Source: Zygnema circumcarinatum SAG 698-1b
Taxonomy: Eukaryota > Plantae > Zygnematophyceae
Length of the DNA stretch: 64,000 nucleotides
NCBI GenBank assembly: GCA_037447605.1
Contig: CM074806.1
Span: 1,302,001-1,366,000, forward strand
Direction: 5' to 3'
A program made the position numbers and the translations under genes. The notes beneath the pieces are model-generated. The model saw nothing but the letters and a program-made list of their open reading frames with translations. It made no database searches and had not been told where the DNA came from. Of this stretch, positions 37,196 to 48,200 are shown in pieces; within the stretch, counting starts at the first letter, position 1, and each line of letters begins with the position of its first letter.

Positions 37196-39800
37196 GAGAA
37201 TTTGTTGTCACGTCGTGGAGGTCCGGGCATGGTCCGGTCGTCGTCGTCGTCATCGTCGTCGTCTCGGTATCTTAGATCCCTCAAGGATCTGGAGTCCGGT
37301 CCTGTTGGATGTCGGAGCGGTGTCGAGGCGAATCTGGAGCAAGCTGTCACTGTCAAGCTGTCAGGAGCGAACCTTTGTCCCAGGTGGGCAGCCGCAGAGA
37401 AACAGGCCAGCAGTTAGGTACATGTTGACTCTGTCGCAGAGGTACGGGCCATTGGTGGTTTCGGTGTTTAGTTTCATTCGCCAGTTTTGAAACTAGAACC
37501 ATGTCATGTTCACTCCCTATAGGCTTTTTGTAGTCACTTTATAGGCGTTTGTAGCTCAGGAGGTTATGTCTCTAAACCTGGCAGTGGGTTGTTCAGGTCC
37601 GTTTCTAGATCTCGGCAAAGTCAAGTAGAGATGGCAGGTGCTCACATAGGTACTCTCATTCTTACTTAGGTTGTCCTCAAAGGCATGTGGATTTCGCTTC
37701 TTGTCAAAAAGTGTCTGACTGGTTATCGTGCTGGTTGTGGAGGGGTCCAGTATTATGTCGTGGTTTGTGATGTACTAATGGCTGGCTTCTGGATGTGATG
37801 GCTAGAGTTGTCCGTATTGATCTCTGTTGTCCCAAACTGGCTTAGAGAGGGCTATTTTAGCCAGTGTATATTTCGTGGCCAAGTTGTCTCTCTTCTGAGT
37901 TCAGTGCTTTGTGGAAATGTCAAGTATTCCTTTTTTGACTAGCTTTGTTGTGAATGAGCGCTGAGATGTTCGGCCTGGGTTGGTCAGGGCTTTGCCGGTG
38001 TCGTAGTGGTTTGTAGCTTCGTGTGTTCCTTTTGCCTTCTGAAATGCAGACATGAGTGGTTTTGGGGTCCTGCGTGGAAGCACGCTACTGGGGATGGTTA
38101 TGAACCTTGTACAGAGCAGTCTGATAGCACATAAGGTTTGTTGTCACTGGGTTCTCCTTTTTGCTGGAACTAAAGGAAAGTGTAATTATTACAGTGACAG
38201 TCTGTGTTTTAAATACTGGCTGAGAGCTGGTGATTTGGTTTGTCTGATATATCCATGCACCCAACTTCTAATTCTCGCTTGCATACGCGTTTGACAGCTT
38301 AAGTTCTTTCAAAATGTCGTGTAAAAATTACAGTGAAGCTTGTCTTCAGCCTTTCTTTTGGCAAACGGTGTCTTATTTTCTAAGATCTTGTCCTGAGACA
38401 GCTTTCCTTTCGGAAGCATGTCACTGACTATGTTTGGTCTATGTCCGGCTTGTGTTGTGCTTACATCTGTGCCCTGCCGTCGAGGCTTTCTCAGAATATG
38501 TGCTATAGGTTTGGTCCAAATGTGGAAAGACGAAGCCATGATACTGTTTACTTTTGTTTATCCTTCACTACCCTCTGAAAAAAAGTGGTTCTCGTTTTTA
38601 CTTGCTTAAAATGAATAGGCTTGCTTTATCGGGACTGCACCTCTTGTGACTGCACCACTTGTGCTTTTCATGAAGGTTTGGATTGAACTGTTGAGCCAAC
38701 CGCCTAACCCTCCCGTTTTTGAAAACAGAGTACGCCTGAAGGCAGGGGGTGAATTTGGTAAGTTGATTTGCAGGTGGACCTGTTTGTGCTGAAGTAGTCG
38801 TCTAAAAGATTATTCTGCGTTGATAGAAGTAATTGTAGTTAGCATTGCTTCGTGGTTAGGTTTTCTTCCTCGTCTCTACGTCCATTTTCTACTTGGTTAC
38901 CATCTCCTTTGGTAAAGTTGTCTGGAAGCTTTGAATTTGGAGTCCGACGAAGGCTGGCCGTTTCTCTAGCGTCTACTGTCAAACATTTGAAAACACAGAT
39001 GAATGGCAAGTTAGCGTCGAATGTGATTGTTGGTGTAACCTATGCACAGTGCAACCTGTTTTCAGTATTCGGTTGCCCTACACCCCGTGTAAAGTATACC
39101 AGTGGAAATTTTGTCATTGGATCCTTGTGACACGTGATGATATTTCTCTCGATTTTTTGCTTGTTTAATGGAGCAAATAACGACCTGCATTAGTGAAAAT
39201 GCACTCAAGAACTCCTCAATGTTCTTCAGAAAAAAGACCTGCTAACAACAGCAGGCTACAGTGATTTGATTCGAGTTGACTCTCCTTCATGTCTTGCCAT
39301 TTCTGGTGTTGGTGTTACAAATGCTTCAGCCAATGTGCAGAGAAATCAAGCTGGCAATCTCGTCTTTATCAATGTCCTCGTACGATTGTCTGTTTGATTG
39401 TGAAGTGTATCCGGGCCAACTATTCTCTTACATGCAGAATCCTGCCATGCAAATCTTACCTGCAGAGAGAAACAGACATGTCCTACCTGCGTAGAGAGAA
39501 ATCCGTCAGACACTAGACATTACTGCTGCTTTTTTCCTCGCTCGCAATAGAAAAAAAAAGTTACAAAGATACAAGGCAGGATAAAAGCAACATCGGCAGT
39601 TACGCAACAGACCATACACCACACAAGAGTGTCGTCTGCGCAACAAAACTGACTACAGCACCACGGCAAAAATAGTCCGAGACGGACAGTTTTATGTACA
39701 ACCTTGTCACAAAAATCCAACATCTCCCAAGGCATGCGTCATTCTTCGTCTGAACAAGCTTTGTACAGCGCCGAATTTTAGAGCAGCGCTGGCAGAGTGG

Positions 39801-41321
39801 TTACGGATTTGAGCCGTTTCCGGAGGAAGCGAATGGAACTTCCTTCAGCTCTGTGGCCCAGCCCCTCCCGCTGACCTTCCAGTGGTCCGCCAGGGGATCC
39901 ACCCCTCCGGGCGGCGGCTCTATCGACTTCCGCGACTCGTTCCGGTCATGTGTGGAGATGCCGTACTGCTTATCTCTCGCCTCTATGAGCGGCTCCGGGA
40001 TCTGTCCAGGCTCGTCTCCCTGAGGTGACACCATCAACGCTGGGGGACCAAGTGGCAATTTATCGCCTGCATGTCAAGGAGGGGGTGCAGATCACAACGG
40101 GATGGATCAGTACTGCAGAAGCCAAATCCCCCATTCGTATCTACCGACTGCCAAGTAGTAAAGGAAAACCAGTAGAAGGCGAGCGGCAGAGAGTGGCTCC
40201 ACTCACCTCGATCAAATTGCCAAGTCAGCCAGAATTTGCCATACGTCCTGGCCAGCCGTTGTAGTTCCGGCTTTGCCATCACCTCCGGCACACCCGGATT
40301 AACCCACAGGCCTGTTCTAATCTGCAAGTCAGAGATAGATCTCCACAAGGTTGTCAGATGCTATCAAGAGCGCTCTTCAGCAACGTAATATTTCGCGTGG
40401 TTCCATCACGCACCTCATGGAAGTGAGAGTGCCACAATTTTTTTTCATCTGTTGGCAGAGTGCCAAAGAGGCGATCGGAGATGACATATTCGATGCCTGT
40501 TGAAACACACACACACATGGCAACAGCTTCAGAGGGTGTAGATCGAACAGACACTCGATTTCTTCTTCTCACCTTGCAGAGGAGAATTTGAATTCCTTGC
40601 TGCATGCAATGAAAAAAGAAGGAATTACCCATCCTTGTTGCACTTTATCAAAAAGGTGTCAAGCGACCAAAAAACCGCAAGCACCCGAAGCACGAACATC
40701 TCTCTGTCTCCCTCTCTCTCAAAATTTCAAGATATTGGGAAAGGAGGTGAGGCTGTGCACAGAAATGGGCCCCACCGATGACTCGAGCATTCGATTCGCC
40801 GGAGTCGAACACAATACACTGCAGAACATCTTCGTTCAGACGCGACACGCAATGGTGGGTCTGAATTTTCCGGCTCAGATCCTGCGAATACAGCGCCCAC
40901 GTGCACACGTGCTGCCCAGTGCCCCGGACCACTTCCCAACCAAACTCAGTCCACCACCTCCTTCTGTCGGCTCTACCAGCCTTAAGCCCGCTTACCGACT
41001 CAACTCACGTTCCAAACTAACAATTTCAAGCTATTACGTACTGGCGTTAAGTCTCCAGTTCGTCGTTCCATCCACTCAGCTCAACAAAGTGCGAGCAAAA
41101 AAACATTAAAGCAAAAAACTATTGAAAAAAAATACATACAACTTTTATAAAGGCGTGTCTGAGTAGCAAACCTGGTCAAAATTCTTGATGGGCTTCAGAG
41201 ACTGCAGCGGAGAGGCAGCCGCCTCCACCATCCGGGTGCTCGTCTTCGTGGCGCGCCCGGGCACGTCCTCCGGCAGTGAGGGCTGCCCCGCCGTGGGGTT
41301 GCGCTCGCTACTCGCCGCCAT
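39801..41321 (-). CDS. OBAP: Oil body-associated protein (OBAP, DUF1264 family)
   Basis: Exons 41321-41172, 40911-40776, 40496-40414, 40321-40207, 40066-39801 join in frame. LQSLKPIKNFDQHVCTWALY, THHCVSRLNEDVLQCIVFDS, IEYVISDRLF..LP.DEKKLWHSH.HE, TYGKFW.TWQ.DRGDKLPLGPPALM. Confidence 0.93.
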
Positions 41322-41579
41322 GGCTTCCGCCTTTTCCGCCCAGTCACCTGTCCCACCCCTCTCCCCCCTCTCCCTCTCCCTCTCTCCTCTCCCTCTCTCT
41401 CTCCCTCTCCCTCTCGCACCCCTCTCCCCTCTTCCGTCTCCTCTCCCCTCCCCCGGCCCTGCCCTTGGCAGCATGCAGCGGCGTCCCTCGCCCTCCCCCG
41501 CACGTGTGAGGAGCTCCCCGCCCTTCGCCCGTGCTCGGCTCCGCGCGCGCTGTCTCCTCCGCGGAGGCGAGGACAGGCC

Positions 41580-41619
41580 GCCACGTGGCGCGCCTGCAGC
41601 AGGACGGCTGCCACGTGGC
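41580..41619. promoter_or_regulatory. Two perfect GCCACGTGGC (G-box/ABRE) palindromes 30 bp apart, upstream of OBAP
   Basis: 41580-41589 and 41610-41619, about 260-300 bp upstream of the OBAP ATG. Confidence 0.6.
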
Positions 41620-42023
41620 AGTAGGCATGGTGCCCCGTGGCAACACGCATGGCGCCACGCGGCCGATCGAGCGGGTTCTCCGGTCGTGAACAGCGCCACG
41701 CTGGCAGTTGACTCCATGCGTGTCGTTTACCGTTACCGCCGTCCAGTTCGGCCCGTCACGGCATCACGGAACAGGGCCATGGAGACGGATTGCATGGCTT
41801 GACAGTACGGACATGGTTCCAATGGGTCCCGACCCCATGGGCCCATGGGTCCATGAGGTCCATGGGGTCCATGGGCCGCCCGGCGGAGCTTCTACAGGAG
41901 GCGGTGCCAGAAGCATCTGTTGGAAAGGCTGGGAGAGGAAGGAGACAGCGAGGGAAGGAGGAGGATACAGGGGGGGAGGGAAGGAGGAGGTGAGGTGAAG
42001 GGAGAGTCTTGTAGGACGGCTTC

Positions 42024-44233
42024 ATGGCGGTTAATCCGCAGCTGGACAGTGTGGGCCGGCCGGTCCCTTTCATCAATGAGATGATGGCGTTAGCACGGGA
42101 TGGCGTGGAGCTGCAAGTGGATGGCTTGGCAGAGTGAGCACCGCGGTCCTTTTCAAGCCGTCGGGGGCTTCATGTGGTGGCAAGATGTTCTGTGGGAGGG
42201 TTCGCTGGGGTTTCTGGATGCTGGAGGGCGGAAGACATTCTGCTCGCTAAAAGCGCGGACTGCAAGCTTTCGATAGATCAAAGTTTTATTGACTTTTCAA
42301 TTCATGCCTTAATTAAAGGCATGAATTGCGATTTTTTCCCTTGTCCGTTTAGTTCCACGACAGAAAATTGTTCGGAAACAGCATTGGAGTAGTAACGAGT
42401 AGCTTTATAGCTTTTTTTTTCCTCCTATGTTCTTTTTTTAATCGTTTTTAATTCCTGCTATAAATTTATTAAATCCTTACATGTTGTGGGAAAGGCGCCT
42501 TGGTGATGTTCATTAGCTATGTGCTTAGTTCGATTCTCTCGTAGATGATCCGTGACTGAAAAGGTAAAGTAAGCACCTCTCGAGTTACTTTGCCATCCTG
42601 CTAAAGTGTTAAAGGCCCGGAAGAGCAAGAACAGTTCTTTGTAAGAATGAAGCTTGCACAAATTGTTCGTGCAACTCGAACAAAAGGCTCATGCCAGTAA
42701 GATTTTGCGCTGTATGTCTAAGCAGTAGTTCGTCAACTGACATCCCGAGTCTTCACATGGGAATTGAGATCATCACCTTCCTTGAGAACGATGCGGTTGT
42801 CTTTCCGCTGGGACACAAATTGGGGGGGCGCTTACATCATTTGTATCATCATGTCCATAGTGACTTCAAAGTTTCACTCCCATTTGACTCCAATGCATTC
42901 ATTCATGAGCACCGGGACTCTTGCTAGCTGACAAACATTTGGCACAGAGGCTGTCCCGCTGACAGTTGCATAGACTTTTCTCTCTCCTTTGCAGATGTCC
43001 AGGGGGAAAGTGGTCTGCACGCGGAACTCTCTTTCTCTCAAGTATGCGAATTGTCTTTGTTGCAAATCAGCCACGGCCGCCAATTGTTGCGTTTGATATG
43101 CCCTTGGTACGCTTCACGCACTCGCCATGTCGGAGCCGTTGACAAATTTAGCTTGCTTGTTGACTTCTATGGACTATGGCTCTCTCACATTCTATGCATT
43201 CTTGTTCAGCGAAGTTGTTGAAGGTGGAATAATTGCACTTTTGGCGAGGGCCACATGTACTATATTTTGGTTGTTATGGAACTTCAGAAGTAACTTGTCT
43301 TCACTTGGATCTGGGTGCTGTGGCTCAGCTATTCGTCCGAGAGGAGAAATTCAACCAGCCAATTTTCGCTTGCAACAATCTGTCGGGCAAGGTGCTGCGG
43401 GTATGCTCCAAGGTCCTTGTTGCCCGTCGGGCTCTGCTTCCTTCTGCCGTAGAATAATTCTTCTTTTTCTTATTCTTCGTCTTCTTCTTCTGCCTCCTCC
43501 TTTTCTCCGTCTACTTCTTGGTTCTTTTCGTCTTCTTCTTTTTCTTCTCTTGTTTTTTCCTGTTGTTCTGAAAAAAACAGGACTAACCACTCGCTATAGC
43601 ATCACTGAAGTTCCTGTAGGATGAAAAGGGGAGTATAGGTGGCGTACAGAACTGATGCAATTTGGTTCATGTGTTCCAGGTATTGCCAGAAGGGATTGAT
43701 ACCTCCTCAGTTGAACCGTACAGCTTCAAATTCCTTTTTAAAGAAGGAGGAGTGGGCACCTTCGTTCCCGTGTTCTTTAATCTTCTGAGCTCATTGAGGG
43801 CTCTTTCTGCCGTTCACACGCCGACCCCTTCTTACTCCGATGATGCGCAGTCCCGGCTGATGGTGGATCCCCTGCCTGCGCAGCAGCCGCCTGTGGAAGA
43901 AATGATCCGCCATGCGTAAGTTCTGTCCTGGGTTGGTGTGGGGCCACCTCAGAGTAAGCCTTTCCTAATGCGCATAGCACACTGCAATGAGTAGCAGGTG
44001 GCCAGTGAAGTTCACAGCGTGCTTGGAACAAAGTGAAGCAGACATCAACAAGGACTTTCTCCTCATCTCACACTTCTAGTTGTTCTGTGCCCCTTGGGTG
44101 CTTCACTTCCTGCAGGTATGTCGACCCGAACGACCCGTCCCAGTTGTACCTTCAGCAGCCCCCCGAGTCCAGAACAGGCCTTCGTCGAAGGCACTACAAT
44201 TCTTCAGCGATGTCGAGCAATGAGTCGCACTAA
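42024..44233 (+). CDS. WBP2: WW-domain-binding protein 2 (WBP2)/GRAM-like protein
   Basis: Exons 42024-42133, 42995-43106, 43330-43403, about 43679-43914, about 44116-44233. MAVNPQL...PVPFINEM, GTLFLSSMRIVFVA, FDMPL|LFVREEKFNQPIFACNNLSG, FKFLFKEGGVGTFVPVFFNL, YVDPNDPSQLYLQQP. Confidence 0.88.
43450..43570 (+). repeat. T/C-rich low-complexity tract, (TTC/TCT)n-like, in a WBP2-like intron
   Basis: Direct reading; explains the K/R-rich antisense ORF 43351-43590. Confidence 0.85.
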
Positions 44234-45272
44234 ACGTGCGGACAAGATTTTGAACTTGTGAAGCAGCGAACCTGTGGACGTTCTGTACAAGTTTTTCAGT
44301 TTATTGGTATGACAAAAATATGTACATTTAGTGTTTGTTACATAACTAGGCGTGGTTTCAACAGTGCCTTCTTGTTCATACGTCGGCGTCAAAATAGGCT
44401 TCAACTGGGAACAGAATACAATCTGGCCGGTGATATTCATTTGAGATATTGCTCAACAGCGTGTAGTTATAGGTAGTGAAATGTGGGTGGGTGATGGGAT
44501 AGCTTTCAGTGGAAAGGGCTATGGACCTCCCGCTGGTTACTCCTCATGCCAACCTCGATAGCCTTATTGCATTCCCCTCTGGACACTCGCCCTGTCTCCA
44601 TGCATGAGCTTGTGACTATTGCCTATCTAGAGCTAGAACATGGTTGGCTGCTGAGCGTTGGTTATCATTTTTGGTTCTGAATCTGGTCGTTTGTGGCAAA
44701 TTTTACATCAAATTTTGACGACGTCTCAACTTGTATGAACATTGATAATTTTACCAAAAAGGATTGTCGAACATCTATGGAACGCCTAGCTTTTCTTTCG
44801 TTCCTAGGTATATATGTGACCGGTGTTCCTTTGGTTCCCCATGTTGACTTTGATCATGTACATTTGATGGCAGTGCCATGCGTGAGACCATTGCCAGTTC
44901 CTGTCGCCCACAAGAGAGAGGAATATTTACGATCTCAACTGCCACAACAATGTTGTGCAGTGTTGTACGGCAACAGTGCTAGTATCACATGAACTGCAAC
45001 TAAAGCGACCAGCGAGCATGGAGAGGTTGTCGGACTCTCCGAGTACCGTATCGTACCGTTTTCGGTATGGCCCTTGCAGGGCCCGATACTGCCCCTCGGG
45101 CCTCCGCTCCTCCGGCGAGTGGAGGGGAAGGGGAAGGGGAAGGGAGAGGACTTTTGCCGGAGCAGAGTTCAGAGGTGCCTCCTCGCTCGGTGGCTCGCCT
45201 GCCGGCGCTGCTCGCGAGTCCCTGCGCAGCCTCGGAGCCAAAGCGGGGGATGGTGCTGGACAAGACTGGGCC

Positions 45273-48200
45273 ATGGGTCGCGGCTGTGCCAGCGGTGGCG
45301 GAGTAGCGACTGCGCCCCGCCCCGCCAAGCCTCTACTAGCTTCACTGCGCCCGCTTTTGGCCGGAGTGGTTGCCTGCGTCGTCTTGGTTTCCATTCATTC
45401 TTTGGTGAGCGCGGGATCTGGCCTCAAATCTGGATCAGTCAGAAGGTTTAAAGGCGGTCTTTCTAGTAATGCTCGATGGGCATTCTCCATTTTATGGAAG
45501 CTGAGAGTAAGGAATGATTCAGCAGAGGTTGTACTGCAAGATCTTCAAGATCGGAAAGAATCCACCTGCAGCTTCATGACTACATTGCCTTGTGTCGATC
45601 GATTTGTGGATCGGGTCTCTTGAGCTTGGGCTGGAGCTCATTGGTGCTGCAATCGCGTTTGGTTGGATTCTGCCTTTGGGATTGGATCTTAAAGTTAACG
45701 GTAACTCGCGGAAGCGGCTCAACAGGCTCATGAGCATACCGTGCCGTGGATACAGGGGTTAGATGGGCAAGTGATTGTAGAAAGTCAGGCATCAGAACCT
45801 TTGATTTCAAGTATTTTCTCATCGTGAACAGCCCATAGCCAGAAAAGGTCTTGTTTATGTGCGAAATGATGACCTTAAGCTAAATTGCGCCACTTCTGGA
45901 CGCCTTATATAAATATTTACCCCCCCGGTTACTTGTTGATCGTACACTTTCACTAATTGTCAGCCTCGTTTTTTTTGCTGACGTCTGTGTTTTGGATTTG
46001 TAGAAATTTATCGCTTCTCGTGGATCAGGTCCGCTTATTTCAAATAACACGAAGGTGTGTTTACTCGCGCCCTACTCCTTGCACGGCTTTTCCACGGGAA
46101 CTACTGAATCGACACTCAAGTGGCCTAAAGCGAAAAAGTGCTTAATCATCTTAGAAAGAGGGGTCATTGAATTTTGTGTCAACGAAGTGGAGATAGGAGA
46201 CCACCATGATGGTCAAGGACAAGAATTAGTATAATTTCGTTGAACCATCGTATATTAATAACCAGGACATTTTGTTTGCCCATGGGAGTCCTTGCACATA
46301 AATTCCAGGAAAGCAAAATCCTGGAAAAGGATGCATTTTAAATCGTCTTACGCGTTGCTCGGATGCTCACGCAAATTTGGAAGGTGGCAAAGGCTATTGT
46401 TTGATTCAATGTCCGGACTCGGCTTGTGATTTGAACGCACCATCTATGTCGATCTTGTAGGGTAATATTTTAAAAGCGCTATCTAGGTAAAAATACCACT
46501 TTAAAAATCAACCACGAACGTGTGATGGATGTGGTCGAAACTTGTTGAGTGGAACGCAATTAACTCACCAGTTTACTGTGCTTTATATTTAACTCAGAAC
46601 ATTTCCTAGTTGATGCAAATAATACACTATTCCACTATGTGTTCACAATCCAGAGGATGTGGTGCTGGCCAGAGATTAGTGGTAGCGGGTATTAATACTA
46701 AATCATGGGGGAAATGCAGGTTCTGGAATCTTTACAGATACCTCCAGGGCAGTCAGGAGTTATCCGGAACGTAGGTGAGTTAGCTCTAGGCTTTCTTGCA
46801 GCAGGAGCCATTCATCCAGACGTAGTGCTTTCGGCTTTTTTGCTATGGGACCACATTAGTTGCTGGTGTTAAGTGTCCGGGTTGCCAAGAACCTGGTAAG
46901 GGTGCAGCTCGTTTGCTCACTCATTGTGTATGGTCGAGGCTGCTTGGACATCTGACTGGACTGCATTTTGAGTTTCATGACGACTGATTACCTGTGTGAA
47001 TGGCATAGCTCAATATCTAGAGCTGTAGTCGCTTGCAAGGATACAGACAATGTTTCAAATTATGTGAGCAAGTCAGCCTAACTGCCTGCATGCATCATAA
47101 AGCTTCAGAGAGTCCATCTGATGTGCACATACTAAAATCGCCGCATGTGACACGTATTTGTCGCCGAATGCCAATGCAGGAAGGAATGACGGCCTGCCAC
47201 CAGGAGCCATTGAGGTAGATAAGAGAGAAAGTATAGGTGTGGTTATTATAACTGCCGACGATGGCGCAAAGGAGGGGAAACGGGCCGTTCATGAAGTACA
47301 TTCAGACAAGAAGGAGAACCCAAGTGTTAGTGGCCAAGGAAGCAAAGAGCAAGGAGTAGCAGGTGGGCTCAGAACGAGCAACAAGGAGACCGCCCAAGAA
47401 GAAGGCGTGAACCAATCCTCTGGAGTTGATAATAGTTTGAAAGTAGAAGTCGCTCCCAGTGACATAAAAAAAACTAAAGTTCCGTCAGCTATGGATAAAT
47501 TAATATCCCAAGCGGACGATAACCGACGGAAATATTTTCCATCTGACCTTGAAGATAATCAATTTGATCGCCAAACAGGCGGAAGCCTTATACCCCTTGT
47601 AACTACAATCACAACGAAATTGCCTGCCAACAAGCTTTGCCGAAAGACCTCTCCGATTTACAAAAACTTGGAGGTGGGTAAGTCAAGCCTCAATCCTGCA
47701 TTTCCCGGTTCTCAGTTTATGAAGCCTTTAGGATTTCAAGACTATTGTATCCTATGGAAGGGCACGATTTGAACATTCAACAATCTGGCAGTCGTCCTGA
47801 TGGAGGCCTGAGAGTGAGCTTAGTCAGGTGATCTGGAGGTGAAAAACAGTAGCTTTTGTAGAGTGAATTTCCTATGCGCGTCAAGGTAGCATAGGTGGAC
47901 TCCTAGCTCATGGTCCTGTAGGTTTGCTTGGTTTGTATTTCGTTATTGATTACAACATCCATAGTCTCGTGAAATGAAACGAAGGTTCTTGCTAATTGTC
48001 TAACAGATCATACGCAACAGTTCAGTGAAAATGTGACATGTCGAGAGTTTTTCTCCCTTCTCAAAGTGACAGGCATTGCTGCGCATTCCCTTGCTAGCAA
48101 CCCCCCTGAAGAGAGAATCTCGATTGCCTTCGTGGATTGCCGTGCCTTGATTGATCTGGCGAGTGGGATGTTCTTCCGTTCCAGTTTATTCGAACAAGAA

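Noticed and set aside
37300-39400. Possible extra gene between the RanBP2-ZnF and OBAP genes
   Set aside because: Only short ORFs without motifs and scattered splice-like sites; more likely UTR or intergenic sequence.
42495-42566. Possible intronic C/D-box snoRNA (GTGATGT...CTGA with a CCTT/AAGG terminal stem) or tRNA-like GTTCGATTC
   Set aside because: The C box is imperfect, I could not match a guide to rRNA or snRNA from memory, and there is no cloverleaf. A snoscan/Infernal run would be needed.
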